From: Patescibacteria group bacterium UBA3533
GTDB lineage: Bacteria > Patescibacteriota > Minisyncoccia > Phycocordibacterales > Phycocordibacteraceae
DNA: 57,029 nucleotides
Reading direction: 5' to 3'
NCBI GenBank assembly: GCA_002376865.1
Contig: DFOU01000006.1
Location: forward strand, 30,763-87,791
A program made the position numbers and the translations under genes. How positions within the stretch are numbered: position 1 is the stretch's first letter; each line of letters starts with the position of its first letter. Below, piece by piece: positions 40,604 to 51,209 of the stretch. The notes beneath the pieces were generated by a model, which made no database searches, had not been told where the DNA came from, and worked only from the letters and a program-made list of their open reading frames with translations.

Positions 40604-41178
40604 ATTTTTATTGTCTCACAAGAACCTGTTTGCACATCAAAATTATTTTCAGCTAGCAACCTACTTAACACCCCCTCATGAGCAGAAGATATCTCTAGAA
40701 GAAGACCATCTTCTTTTTTAGACTTTGTTCTTGCAAAAACTCTTCCTCGTTTTTTTGCATATATTTCTTGAACATTATTTGGAACAACAATATGAATATA
40801 CTTATCTGCAATTTTTGGCATTGCTGCAAAGAGCATTTCTATCTCCTTTTCTGAAACTTGTTCATCAGAAAGGTTCATTATGTTCTGAATTAAACCTTCA
40901 TCTACAACCCTAATTCCAGATACTGGGACCATATAACGAGCAAGACGAACTCCTAATCCATGCACACATTTTGTATACAAGCTGTGCTTAGAGTGTTTTA
41001 TCGTAAAAAACAAAAGCTTTACACAAAAAACTGGATATCGAAACCAGAAAAGAAGCGCATACCATACAACAGCAAGCTTTGTTTCTAATTCTGGTCTTTT
41101 GTATTCACTTTTTTCACACATCATGTCAACACATGTTGTTTTTCCTACTGCAGGCAATCCAAAAAGTTCAATTGTCAT
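40600..41178 (-). CDS. P-loop-containing hypothetical protein (kinase- or sulfotransferase-like)
   Basis: N-terminal GLPAVGKTT P-loop. Nothing else recognised. Confidence 0.35.
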   Translation of the reverse strand: MTIELFGLPAVGKTTCVDMMCEKSEYKRPELETKLAVVWYALLFWFRYPVFCVKLLFFTIKHSKHSLYTKCVHGLGVRLARYMVPVSGIRVVDEGLIQNIMNLSDEQVSEKEIEMLFAAMPKIADKYIHIVVPNNVQEIYAKKRGRVFARTKSKKEDGLLLEISSAHEGVLSRLLAENNFDVQTGSCETIKI

Positions 41179-41882
41179 GATTTCTTAAAATGAACAACGT
41201 ACGATTCGCAAAAGAGCGCATGGATTATAGACAGGGGCATCCACCCAAGAAATACATATGCGACTCTATTTAATGTTGCAGATTTAAAAAACGGTACTGT
41301 TAGCGTAAGAGGTGAAATTGACACAACTTCAAGACCAGCGTTTTTAAGAAGAGTCCTGAAGGCATTCGGATGAACTCTTCCTTCGTGCAAATCAGAAGGT
41401 GCTGCACCTCTCGGGTACTTTGTACTTATAACCCCCTGTCCTCCAGGCGTTAAAATTTTTTCAATTGTATCTACTGCCTTTTGTTGATCTGGCAAATATT
41501 CAAAAACTCGAGATGAGAAAAACAGATCACACCACTCCTCTTTTCCATCATATGCATCAAAATCTCCTTCAATAAAATCTATATCGCAATCTTTTACATT
41601 TTCTGCCGCCATCTCTAACATGTGTGAAGAAATATCAAATGCGTTGATGTGAACATTTGGAAATCTCTCACACAGAAGCTTTGTCCATGTTCCTGCTCCA
41701 GGCCCAAGCTCAAAACATTCTTTTGCATTAACTTTTTTCAAAACCTTCAAAAGACCCTTTCGAGTCATCCAATACCCAGCTTTGGAAATTGCATCCTTGT
41801 GCCATCTATCAAACTCATAAGCGCTTCCTGCACGCTCTAGCACGTCATTATTATAGTGACTTTGTACGTTTTTACTTTTCAT
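41175..41882 (-). CDS. Class I SAM-dependent methyltransferase
   Basis: Motif I FELGPGAGTWT, then FDIS. Confidence 0.75.
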   Translation of the reverse strand: MKSKNVQSHYNNDVLERAGSAYEFDRWHKDAISKAGYWMTRKGLLKVLKKVNAKECFELGPGAGTWTKLLCERFPNVHINAFDISSHMLEMAAENVKDCDIDFIEGDFDAYDGKEEWCDLFFSSRVFEYLPDQQKAVDTIEKILTPGGQGVISTKYPRGAAPSDLHEGRVHPNAFRTLLKNAGLEVVSISPLTLTVPFFKSATLNRVAYVFLGWMPLSIIHALFCESYVVHFKKS

Positions 41883-42894
41883 ATATAGCTAAGATTTTCG
41901 GCACAAGACCTGAAAGAGCATGTTGCTCTTTCACAAGTTCTCGTAACTGCAGTCCTATTGACTCTCGCTCCTTTAAAGGAATTCTTGAAACTTCTTCCAG
42001 AGTTTTTGTTAAATCTAATACATTGTGTTCTTCCACATATGCACTATAAGGAAGTCTAGAAAACATATCCTTAAATGCCTCATTCGTCGAGATAACAAGT
42101 GTACCAGTGCTCATGGCCTCAAGAACAACTTTGTCTATACTTCCCGTATTACTTGTATTTACAAAAACATCTGCACCCTGATACAAGAAAGGTAGCTCTT
42201 CTTGTGTTTTTGCACCCAAAAAAGAAACTTTTGTGCCAAACTCTTTTTTAAGTCCCTCTTCATACACTTTGTCTGTTTTTGTAATGGGCGCTCCAACGAC
42301 CGAAAGTGTAGAGTTCCCACAGTTTAAAACTGCAGCGATTAAAACTTCAATCTGCTTTACAGGCGCAATTCGACCAACAGAAAGGATTTTGAGCATCTTA
42401 CTTTCCGCCTTATTTTTATAAGCAAAGAGCTCAGTATCAATACCATGTCCAAGAATATGAAGTTTTTTGCTCTTTACCCTAAAACTTTCTTTCGAGGCAG
42501 AAGCAACGCCGTCAACAAAAGCATGCGCAAACTTTAGAGAAGTTGTTACTGATTTATGCATATACCAAAGTAGCACCCTCTTTTTTAAGCCTTGCCAGAT
42601 AAACATCCCCAACAAAACATATATTTGATTCATATGCACAAATACCGAATCATATTCGTTTCTATATTTCCAGGTATACGAATAGAATCTTCTTACGTAC
42701 TCAAGCTTACTTACCCCTTCTTCTTTCCCAAGAGAATGTACAGTTACATTTTTTGGAAGATCATACTCTCCAACTTGAAGTGCAACAACATGCAAATGTT
42801 CCACGTGCTTTGCAAACTCAACAATCCACCTATGAAAAAATCCAAGAATTGGATGTTGTGTATCTACCACTTGAGTAATAATTAAAAGCTTCAT
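41872..42894 (-). CDS. Glycosyltransferase family 4
   Basis: GSIDKVVLEAMSTGTLVISTN (E-x7-E region). Confidence 0.75.
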   Translation of the reverse strand: MKLLIITQVVDTQHPILGFFHRWIVEFAKHVEHLHVVALQVGEYDLPKNVTVHSLGKEEGVSKLEYVRRFYSYTWKYRNEYDSVFVHMNQIYVLLGMFIWQGLKKRVLLWYMHKSVTTSLKFAHAFVDGVASASKESFRVKSKKLHILGHGIDTELFAYKNKAESKMLKILSVGRIAPVKQIEVLIAAVLNCGNSTLSVVGAPITKTDKVYEEGLKKEFGTKVSFLGAKTQEELPFLYQGADVFVNTSNTGSIDKVVLEAMSTGTLVISTNEAFKDMFSRLPYSAYVEEHNVLDLTKTLEEVSRIPLKERESIGLQLRELVKEQHALSGLVPKILAIYEK

Positions 42895-43997
42895 GGAGTT
42901 AGTGCCCGCTCTATATCTTTTGCAAAAAGTTCTGCTGCGTTTTTATACTTTGCAATATGTGCCACCGCCTGATCATATGCCTGTCTAGGAATAGTCTCTC
43001 GTAGATACGTATTGTTCATAAGCTCACGTACTCCAGCTGAAAGACAGGCAATATCATCAATTGGACACGCAAAGATATCCTGCCCCAGCCTAAATACCTC
43101 TCCCACAACTCCAACATCCGTGCTTACAATAGGAAGTTTTGCGAGCGCTGCCTCAACCAACACTCTTCCATACCCTTCATATGCACCTGTATGTAACAAG
43201 CAATGCGCCTTTCCAAACCACTCGTGCGGCTTATTACTCCACCCCGCAAAATGCACAGAACCTTTGAGATCTTTGCTTTTTGCGTAAGCTTCCAGTCTCT
43301 TTTTCTCTGTTCCTTCTCCAACAAAAATAATTCCTGCTCCCGGGAAACTCTTATGTGCCTCCTTTAAGACATCTATGGCCGTGTGCCAATGCTTCTCTTT
43401 TTCTAGTCTTCCTACACAAAGAATTGTAAATGGGTATCGTGGCTTATCTTTTTCTGGCTGTGTAGCAGAAAGTCCATGCACAATAGGAAGTACTGACGGC
43501 TCGACCACATCAATAAGTTTTGATTTTATCCCTCGCTTTACACGTTCACTTACAGCACGAATTGCATCTGCTTTCTTTAGCACACGATGCATGAGTCCAA
43601 GGCGAGCAAGATTCTTTGGATTATTTTTAATGAACCAAGGACTTGTAGGATCTGTGTGCACTTGCACATGAAGCTTCGCACCAACTTTTTTTGCAATACG
43701 TGCACCAATCTCGCCAACCTCAAATGGATCTTGTGTTGTTACCACTTGAACCTTATTCTGCTTTGCAATCCGTACACCAATTGAAAGTGCATCAAATGGA
43801 ATAAGCGCCTTCATCATTGAACGCGTTGAGTAAAGCCACACGCCTTCTGCTATCTCCTCTTTCCCCTCTCCCATTCCAGTATTTAAAACAAGAATATGTA
43901 ATTCATCGAAATGTTTTCCATATTCAACAAACCGCAAACGAACTTCATTGTTTGCATTGAGAGCATTCTTGTCTGTTGAGAGCATTAGTACTTTCAT
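42891..43997 (-). CDS. Glycosyltransferase family 4
   Basis: YEGYGRVLVEAALAKLPIVSTDVG. Confidence 0.8.
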   Translation of the reverse strand: MKVLMLSTDKNALNANNEVRLRFVEYGKHFDELHILVLNTGMGEGKEEIAEGVWLYSTRSMMKALIPFDALSIGVRIAKQNKVQVVTTQDPFEVGEIGARIAKKVGAKLHVQVHTDPTSPWFIKNNPKNLARLGLMHRVLKKADAIRAVSERVKRGIKSKLIDVVEPSVLPIVHGLSATQPEKDKPRYPFTILCVGRLEKEKHWHTAIDVLKEAHKSFPGAGIIFVGEGTEKKRLEAYAKSKDLKGSVHFAGWSNKPHEWFGKAHCLLHTGAYEGYGRVLVEAALAKLPIVSTDVGVVGEVFRLGQDIFACPIDDIACLSAGVRELMNNTYLRETIPRQAYDQAVAHIAKYKNAAELFAKDIERALTP

Positions 43998-45091
43998 AGT
44001 AATTCAAGCATTTCTTTTGTTTCTCTTACCATTCTGTCTTTTGAAAACTTCGCAGCTTTTCTCTTTCCTATATCACGCGCACTTCTTCTAAATGATTCAT
44101 TGATCAGAGCCTGCGTGATCGCTCCTGTAAGTGCTTTGGTATCTTTATATGGTACCAAAAGACCATTCTTTCCATGTGTTATAAGCTCTGGATTTCCTCC
44201 AACATTTGTTGTTACCGTTGGCGTGCCAACTGCCTGCGCCTCAAGGAGCAAGTGACTAAATCCCTCATACCCAGTATTTAAAGCAAACACATCTGCTGCC
44301 TTTAGATAAGCAAGCGTAATATCATGTGGAAGCTTCCCTGCAAAAGAAACTTTCTTCCCTTCTGCGTGCTTTTCAAGACTTTCTCTCTCAGGACCATCTC
44401 CCACAACAAGAAGCTGTACATCAATACCGTTTTTTTCTACAACATCAACAGCATCTATTAGTTCTTTTATTCCTTTCCAAGGCACGAGGCGAGCAATAGT
44501 AATAACGTACTTTCCGTGATACTTAAGAAGTCCTCGCAAAACCTTCTTGTGTCCCACTCCTTCCACATTTGGCGCTGCATTATAAATGACCTTTATTTTT
44601 TCCTTTTCTATTCCCCAAGAAGTAACTACTTTTTTTAAATACTCACTAGGAACCACAACTTTACGTGCCCGCTTTGCTACAAAAATTTCAATACTTCGAA
44701 GTATTTGCACTGGGAGTGAATACCAATCTCTCTTTAAAAATGAATCGAGAAGTTCTGTTACTCCAAAACGCTGCATTCCTTGCTCCCACGCATAATCTCC
44801 AACAACCTTTAGAGCAAATTTCTTTTTTGTAAAAAGTGAAGCAATGCATGCAGGAAGTCCTACAGAAACAGGGTCCATGGCATAAATAACATCAGAACCC
44901 TTTGAAAGCTTAAGACAAAGAAATAGATATACAATATGACGAATTATTGGAGGGTATTTTCTCACACGAGAAAATGGAAGCACTGTTACTTCAACTCCAT
45001 GTGATGGCAACATATCGTATAGCGCCTTTGAATAGGTGGCAGGCCCACCCCCTTCTGGAGGATATAGCCCTGTAGCCACGAGAATCTTCAT
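43994..45091 (-). CDS. Glycosyltransferase family 4
   Basis: YEGFSHLLLEAQAVGTPTVTTNVGGNPE. Confidence 0.8.
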   Translation of the reverse strand: MKILVATGLYPPEGGGPATYSKALYDMLPSHGVEVTVLPFSRVRKYPPIIRHIVYLFLCLKLSKGSDVIYAMDPVSVGLPACIASLFTKKKFALKVVGDYAWEQGMQRFGVTELLDSFLKRDWYSLPVQILRSIEIFVAKRARKVVVPSEYLKKVVTSWGIEKEKIKVIYNAAPNVEGVGHKKVLRGLLKYHGKYVITIARLVPWKGIKELIDAVDVVEKNGIDVQLLVVGDGPERESLEKHAEGKKVSFAGKLPHDITLAYLKAADVFALNTGYEGFSHLLLEAQAVGTPTVTTNVGGNPELITHGKNGLLVPYKDTKALTGAITQALINESFRRSARDIGKRKAAKFSKDRMVRETKEMLELL

Positions 45092-45102
45092 ATATGGCTA
45101 TA

Positions 45103-46317
45103 TTAGCCTTTTGTAAGCACCTTGTCGAAGAGTGACTTCATGTCCTTTGCTATTACCTCCCAGTCGTATTTGGCAACAACCATCTCCTTTGCGTTTACCA
45201 AGACTTCATTAGTCTCCTCTTCATTTTGTAAAATATCTTCTACCGCAAGTGCAATTTGCTTTGGATTATCACTTCCAACAGCCCATCCTGTTGCTTTTTT
45301 ATCTGGATTTAGCTTTTTATCAAAAAGAAAGTCTGCAATTCCCCCTTCTTGTGTTGCAATAACAGGTAAGTCAGCTGCCATAGCTTCAATAAATGAGTTT
45401 CCCATTCCTTCTGACCTAGATGGCCGGATAAAAATATCACATGCCTTATAGAAAGCTGGAATTTCTGAATGGTCTACAAAACCATAGAAATGTACCCTAC
45501 CTGCGACTTCTTTACTCTTCGCAAGCTCTTCTAACATGCTTTGATCTGGCCCTGTTCCCAGCACCAAGAAATGAACTTCTTTTGGCAAAAACTCTAAAGA
45601 TCGGATAACATCATCTACTGCGTTTTTATGCACCAAACGAGAGGTTGTAATAAGCCAAGTTTCTCCTTCTTTCTTTCCAATCTTCTTTTGCACATCTTTA
45701 ATTTCTTCTTCAGACACTGGGGTTGTGAAGTGCTTTACATTTACTGCATTTGGAATAAGCACTGACTCTCCAGAAAATCCCATACTCTTTCCCCAATTCA
45801 TAAGGAATGTAGAAATTGCTTGGAGATAATCAGCTGAAGTAAAAGCCTGCGTAAATAGACCCCAAACCTTTTTCATCATTGCTTCAATCTGCTCTGGCGG
45901 ATCTCCTTCTTGAAGAGTCAGAACATATGGCACATCAGAGAATTTTTTCTTGAACATTCCAGCTGGAATTCCAGTAGAGTGCGCCATCATTGCCCATGTA
46001 GCATCAAAATTATATTTCTTATGCAGTCTCTTTGCTTCCCAGAAAGCTAGAAATTGATACATGTGCTTCATATAGTGGAGTGGAAACTTCTTTAAATCAT
46101 CAGGAGATGGATTTGGAATTGAAAAACCAATTCTATGCACATGCACATTTCCAACCTTTTCTTCTTTTGGAAGATTTGAGTCAAAACGAAGTGTTACAAG
46201 ATGAAATTCAATATCTTGTATACGGTCCGTTATCTCTTTAATAGCGACCTCAGCTCCCCCAACAAATGTTGGGTAGTAACTCATCGAAAATATAAGTATT
46301 TTCTTTTTAGGACTCAT
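45103..46317 (-). CDS. Glycosyltransferase family 4
   Basis: SRSEGMGNSFIEAMAADLPVIATQEGG. Confidence 0.8.
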   Translation of the reverse strand: MSPKKKILIFSMSYYPTFVGGAEVAIKEITDRIQDIEFHLVTLRFDSNLPKEEKVGNVHVHRIGFSIPNPSPDDLKKFPLHYMKHMYQFLAFWEAKRLHKKYNFDATWAMMAHSTGIPAGMFKKKFSDVPYVLTLQEGDPPEQIEAMMKKVWGLFTQAFTSADYLQAISTFLMNWGKSMGFSGESVLIPNAVNVKHFTTPVSEEEIKDVQKKIGKKEGETWLITTSRLVHKNAVDDVIRSLEFLPKEVHFLVLGTGPDQSMLEELAKSKEVAGRVHFYGFVDHSEIPAFYKACDIFIRPSRSEGMGNSFIEAMAADLPVIATQEGGIADFLFDKKLNPDKKATGWAVGSDNPKQIALAVEDILQNEEETNEVLVNAKEMVVAKYDWEVIAKDMKSLFDKVLTKG

Positions 46318-47167
46318 TAGATTCTTTTATATAGTCAAGAACATCTTCTTTTGGCACCCAACCAAGCTCTTCCATTTTTGTATAATCACACTTTGATCGC
46401 TTTCTGTCTCCAGGCAAAGCATCTTTCATTTCTATTTCACCACCAAAAGCTTTCGCTATTTCCATAATTGAATACTCTTTCTTTGCACTTATACAATGCC
46501 CGTCTCCCCTTCCCTTTTCCCCAACTAAAGTAATTCCATCTACTGTGTCTTTAACATGTGTAAATGCACGCCTTTGCTCTCCTGTTCCAAAAACCTTAAG
46601 TTTTTCTCCATTTAATATTTTTTGCCTGAAAATCTCTATTACTGTCCCATATGTTCCAGCACGTTCTCGTGGACCATACACATTGTAAAAGTACGTGATT
46701 GCATAATCTAACCCAAACCATTCCCCATAATTATTTACGAGCTGTGTGTTTGTTGTCTTAAAATAAGCGTATGGTGATTTGTTTTCTCCATTATCCGCAT
46801 CATCAAACTCTCCAAACTTTGTACTAGAGCCAGCATATATAAGACGTATATTTTTCTTCTTGCAGAACTCCAAAACTCCAAAGGTTCCTTTCACGTTTAA
46901 ATCCCAAACCTTCTCAACATCATCAAAAGAAGTCAGTACTCGAGAATACTCCCCCAAATGAAATACAATATCTGGAGTCTCTGTAATATGCTTTGCAATA
47001 TCTTTTGTATGCCCCTCTCGATACTCAACACCTTCTACATGGTTCTCTTTTGAACCAGTAAAGTAGTTATCTAGTGAGATAACTTGATATCCATCAGCAA
47101 CAAGCCGCTCACACAAATGTGAACCAATAAACCCGGCACCTCCTGTAACTACTGCTAATTTAGCCAT
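46307..47167 (-). CDS. NAD-dependent sugar-nucleotide epimerase/dehydratase (UXS/GalE-like SDR)
   Basis: VTGGAGFIGSHLCERL and YAYFK (YxxxK). The start is set at ATG 47167 (MAKLAVV...); the longest ORF reaches 47197. Confidence 0.85.
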   Translation of the reverse strand: MAKLAVVTGGAGFIGSHLCERLVADGYQVISLDNYFTGSKENHVEGVEYREGHTKDIAKHITETPDIVFHLGEYSRVLTSFDDVEKVWDLNVKGTFGVLEFCKKKNIRLIYAGSSTKFGEFDDADNGENKSPYAYFKTTNTQLVNNYGEWFGLDYAITYFYNVYGPRERAGTYGTVIEIFRQKILNGEKLKVFGTGEQRRAFTHVKDTVDGITLVGEKGRGDGHCISAKKEYSIMEIAKAFGGEIEMKDALPGDRKRSKCDYTKMEELGWVPKEDVLDYIKESNES

Positions 47168-48362
47168 ATCTTCGTATGTAGACGATACTACCACCAACTA
47201 GCAAAACAAGCACTATCCATGAATATACCCAGATGGAGATAGTACTGCCTCCTGTATCAGCAACCACAGCTGCAGCTGGCTGAATACTTACAACTTCCTC
47301 TTCCTCTTGAACTTCTGCCTCCTTACCAATTGGTACATATACTATCTCTTTTTTTATTTCTTCTATCTTAGAAACCTGTTCTCCATTTGAATAGGTAAGT
47401 TTTGCATCTTTAGAGAAAAAGAATCCTGCAACCTTGTGCGAAAGCATGAGAGACGTTTCTCCCATAATAAATGTTTCCTCTGGAAACTGAAATATATTTT
47501 CCTCACTTACAACTCTCCATCGTGAGATATCAAGCTCTTCTTTGTCACCATTTTCTATACGAACTACATTTTGATCTATATATGAAAATGAAATCTCTGA
47601 CTCATGCACAGTTACAACCACTCTCTGAGAAACCTCTTCCCTTCCATACCTACCTGTTACTTTCGCAATATATGTACCAGGATACTCATATACATGATAA
47701 ATATTGTTCCCTTGAATTCTTGTACCGTCACCAAAATTCCAAACAACTGTTGCACTATCAAACCTTGTGCCATCTGTGTCCCCAATCTTCGCGTAAAAAA
47801 CTGCTTCATTGCCAGCAACAATACGGATCTCTTTCGGAAAATCTAATACCAACTCTGGTTTTGTATATGAAGAAGTGACTTCTTCTACAACAATCTCTTC
47901 CTTGATAGTCTCTACGGCACCTGGTGTTGGAGAAGCAGTCTTCCAAACGCCATTTGTATACTGTGCTGTCTCTTTTGTTGCATTATCGCCTCCTACAGAA
48001 GACCAGTTTGAAGAGCCATCTACCCTATCTACCTCTACTCCATCTGCATTCGTTAAAATCAGAATTTCTCCCGAATTTTCCAACGCACCTGCATATAAAA
48101 TATCTGCAGGAGAAGAAAGCGCTACCTCATTTCTCTCAAGAAGCAGAACTCCATTAATTTCTCCGCTTAAAGAAACATCAGGAGTTCCATCTACTGCTGT
48201 TAAACTCCAACCCTCAAGAGAAGTTACTTCTGTACTATAGAACTCTATCCATTCATAGTTCGCACTCTCACTATTCCCCATCCATGCAATTTCACTTATA
48301 TATACTTCTGCAGATGCAGTAGCTGGCATCAAGAATAAAAGAAAAAGTAATTTACGAATCAT
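47160..48362 (-). CDS. Secreted lamin-tail-domain (LTD) + PKD-domain protein with a C-terminal TM anchor
   Basis: Signal peptide. LTD signature YISEIAWMGNSESANYEWIEFYS...ENSGEILILTNADG. PKD signature VVWNFGDGT...HVYEYPGTYIAKV. C-terminal helix ISIWVYSWIVLVLLVGGSIVYI. Confidence 0.75.
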   Translation of the reverse strand: MIRKLLFLLFLMPATASAEVYISEIAWMGNSESANYEWIEFYSTEVTSLEGWSLTAVDGTPDVSLSGEINGVLLLERNEVALSSPADILYAGALENSGEILILTNADGVEVDRVDGSSNWSSVGGDNATKETAQYTNGVWKTASPTPGAVETIKEEIVVEEVTSSYTKPELVLDFPKEIRIVAGNEAVFYAKIGDTDGTRFDSATVVWNFGDGTRIQGNNIYHVYEYPGTYIAKVTGRYGREEVSQRVVVTVHESEISFSYIDQNVVRIENGDKEELDISRWRVVSEENIFQFPEETFIMGETSLMLSHKVAGFFFSKDAKLTYSNGEQVSKIEEIKKEIVYVPIGKEAEVQEEEEVVSIQPAAAVVADTGGSTISIWVYSWIVLVLLVGGSIVYIRRYG

Positions 48363-49980
48363 CAGCGATGATCTGCTTCAAAACCTCCTCAGGAACTTCA
48401 TTTGTTTTTGCTTTTGGAGTCTCTTTCTTTTCTACACCAACTTTCTTTAAAGCATCCTTAAGTGGATTAAGTTCAGCCTGCATTCCTTTCGATTCTTTTT
48501 TTACCTCCTTCTTTCCATTTTTGCCCGCAACCTTCTGAAGAGTTTCTCGTAAGTCCCCTAGTGTTTTTTCATTCTTCTTTGGCTCAAACTTTTTTGCTGG
48601 AGTGTGATTTCCATTTTTATTTCCATTCTTTTTTGGAGATTTCCTTTCTTCTTTCATTGCTTTCCCTGCAGGCTGCAGTGGAGAGAGGCTATCAAAGACA
48701 GATTTCTCAATATCCGCACGATCATGTCCATATGCCTTTTTAGAGCGTGCAATAACCTCGTCTCGATATGAAATATCTGCTGGTTCTATTGGAGGAATAG
48801 TAAGAGCTGAAAATGGAGCAGACCCAACACCATTTATCATAAGTGTAAGATAGATTTGGTATTGCCCAAGATTTACAAGATCTTCTTTTGTAAAGTTTGG
48901 TGTAAACACGGTCTCAAGAACCTCTGCATCAAATGGCCCCACCCTAAAGGAAATTGTGGTTCCTACATTTCCAAATACAGCATTTTTAACCTCTTCCTCC
49001 ATCTGCTCCACATACTGATGAGCAATAATAAGATTAAGTTTATACTTTCGAGCTTCGGATAAAATTTCTGCAAATGTTTCGTTTGCAAAGTTCTGGAACT
49101 CATCTACATAGAAATAAAATGGAGGAAGTTTATTAAGCTCTGCTTTTCTAAGATCAGCTCGACTCATAGCAGCCAAGTACAGACGAGTTGTGAGCATTGA
49201 TCCTAGAAGCTGCGCATTGGTATCTCCCACCTGCCCCTTTGAGAGGTTAATAATTAGAATCTTTTTCTGATCCATCAACTCTCGAATATCAAAAGAAGAT
49301 TTCTCTTGCCCAATAATATTTCGAATCACTGGATTACTTGTAAACTGCCCTACTTTGTTTTGAATAGCAGGTGTCGCTTCTTGAGTGAATCGATCTGTGT
49401 ATCCTGCAAACTCTTTTGTCCAAAAATCTTTTACAACTGGATCAGTAATATGAGAAATTACATCATTTCGATACTCTTTATCGACATACATTCTATTTAC
49501 TCCAAGCAATGTTGCCCCTGGATACTCAAGGAGAGCCAAGAGTGTATTAGTTAGAATGTATTCCATTCGGGCACTCCATGCATCTACCCAAATCTTCTTA
49601 AACGTAGACATAAGACCACTTACTACCAAGTGTCGCTTGTCATACCCAACATCCTCCATAACATTGAAAGCAATGGGGTTATCCAAATCAAAGGGAGCAA
49701 AATACACCACATCTTTAACACGATGCTCAGGAATATAATCTAAAAGAGTTTCAGCTGTCGATCCGTGCGGGTCGATAAAGGCAAGCCCTTCTCCATTATT
49801 GATATCTTGAATAGCAAGATTCTCAAGAAGGGTACTCTTACCCATTCCTGTCTTTCCAATAACGTACATGTGACGCGCTCTATCCCCCTTTCGTATACCA
49901 AAAGGAGTATTCTTTCCACGCGCATCGGCAGCACCAAAATATGTAACCTTATCAAGGTCTTCCATGTCTTTAGTATACAA
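48352..49980 (-). CDS. TraD/VirD4/TrwB-like (type IV coupling protein-like) P-loop ATPase without an N-terminal TM domain, with a Lys-rich C-terminal tail
   Basis: Walker A GKTGMGKST, Walker B FYFYVDEFQNFA, IIAHQYVEQM (compare the HQS..QL motif), and the tail KKNGNKNGNHTPAKKFEPKKNEK. Confidence 0.7.
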   Translation of the reverse strand: MYTKDMEDLDKVTYFGAADARGKNTPFGIRKGDRARHMYVIGKTGMGKSTLLENLAIQDINNGEGLAFIDPHGSTAETLLDYIPEHRVKDVVYFAPFDLDNPIAFNVMEDVGYDKRHLVVSGLMSTFKKIWVDAWSARMEYILTNTLLALLEYPGATLLGVNRMYVDKEYRNDVISHITDPVVKDFWTKEFAGYTDRFTQEATPAIQNKVGQFTSNPVIRNIIGQEKSSFDIRELMDQKKILIINLSKGQVGDTNAQLLGSMLTTRLYLAAMSRADLRKAELNKLPPFYFYVDEFQNFANETFAEILSEARKYKLNLIIAHQYVEQMEEEVKNAVFGNVGTTISFRVGPFDAEVLETVFTPNFTKEDLVNLGQYQIYLTLMINGVGSAPFSALTIPPIEPADISYRDEVIARSKKAYGHDRADIEKSVFDSLSPLQPAGKAMKEERKSPKKNGNKNGNHTPAKKFEPKKNEKTLGDLRETLQKVAGKNGKKEVKKESKGMQAELNPLKDALKKVGVEKKETPKAKTNEVPEEVLKQIIADDS

Positions 49981-49988
49981 GAGTTCTG

Positions 49989-51209
49989 CTACTGTTCAGA
50001 GCTTAGCAGTGCTGCCTTTGTGTATTGATTACTTGGATCCCAAAGCATCCAAGAAGTAAGTCCTGCATCATACACCGCCTGTATCTGCGCACGAACTTCC
50101 TCAGGCCCATAATTTCCTCCATAGTCAAAGTCCTGAATCCATGGACGAATCTTGTCTATATTATCTACCTCTTTCGGATATAGCGCAGGTGTTGTAGAGG
50201 CAATTGCAGCAACTCCTTCAAGGGGTACGAGTGTGCTTGTTGCAACAAAACGTTTTACCGCCTCATCAAGTGAGATCTTCATCACGTCATACACGCGTTC
50301 ATTTGGGTTTGTAATACCAAAGAATCCTGACGGGTAGTGTGACGGATACGTCATTGGTGCAATGTAATCAAAGTATGGATTCGCATACTCCATAACCTGC
50401 CCAATATTTAAATCATCAATATTTGTTGTAACCATTCCAAAAAGATCAGCTGATGTTACAGCATCCTCATGAATCTCCTCCTTTAGATAGGCAAAGAACT
50501 TTTCAAGCTCCTTTGCCTTTCCATACTCAGGATCTGCCTGAACTGCAGTTTCTGTAATTGGATAATAAATATCCCTCATATCTCCATCAGATGGATATCG
50601 CACATAATCAAAATTTAACTCATCAAAACCAATTGCATATGATTCATTTCCAAGCTGGATAATGTAATCCCAATATGTTTTTGCTCCTACATCTATAAAT
50701 GAAAGACCTTTATGATCTGTCCACACACTTTTATCACTCTCCTTCTGTACTGCAATCTCAGGATTCCTTACCGCATAGTATGGATCCTGGAACACGGTAA
50801 TGCGTGCAATGGTATACACTCCCGCATCGTGGAACATTTTCACTAACTCCTTCATGTCTCTTACAAAACAACCTGTTGCATCATCTTGCTGTAATCTTTT
50901 GTCTTTTGCAGCAAAAGCAATTGTTCCACTGAAATCTTTTACATCAATCATTACTGCATTAAGTTCAGTATCAGCAAAAAGCTCCATGAAATGATCTCTG
51001 AAGCTTTGCGAGCTTGCGGCACATGCACTCATATATACCGCTTTTACTGCTTCTGGAGTTTCAATATGCGGAACATTTTCCTGCTGCTCTTCAACAGAAT
51101 TGAGAAAAACATCACCATTTGCGATAAAAGAGAAATTATTTGTTGGAACGACAATAAGAGCTCCTCCAAGAAGAGCTCCAAAAAACATCATGCTGACCTT
51201 AGAAATCAT
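49989..51209 (-). CDS. Putative TIM-barrel glycoside hydrolase (DUF4015/GHL-type), N-terminally anchored
   Basis: TM/signal segment, then NAVMIDVKDFSGTIAF, ARITVFQDP and GFDELNFDYVRYPSDG, as I recall for the DUF4015 family. Confidence 0.6.
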   Translation of the reverse strand: MISKVSMMFFGALLGGALIVVPTNNFSFIANGDVFLNSVEEQQENVPHIETPEAVKAVYMSACAASSQSFRDHFMELFADTELNAVMIDVKDFSGTIAFAAKDKRLQQDDATGCFVRDMKELVKMFHDAGVYTIARITVFQDPYYAVRNPEIAVQKESDKSVWTDHKGLSFIDVGAKTYWDYIIQLGNESYAIGFDELNFDYVRYPSDGDMRDIYYPITETAVQADPEYGKAKELEKFFAYLKEEIHEDAVTSADLFGMVTTNIDDLNIGQVMEYANPYFDYIAPMTYPSHYPSGFFGITNPNERVYDVMKISLDEAVKRFVATSTLVPLEGVAAIASTTPALYPKEVDNIDKIRPWIQDFDYGGNYGPEEVRAQIQAVYDAGLTSWMLWDPSNQYTKAALLSSEQ

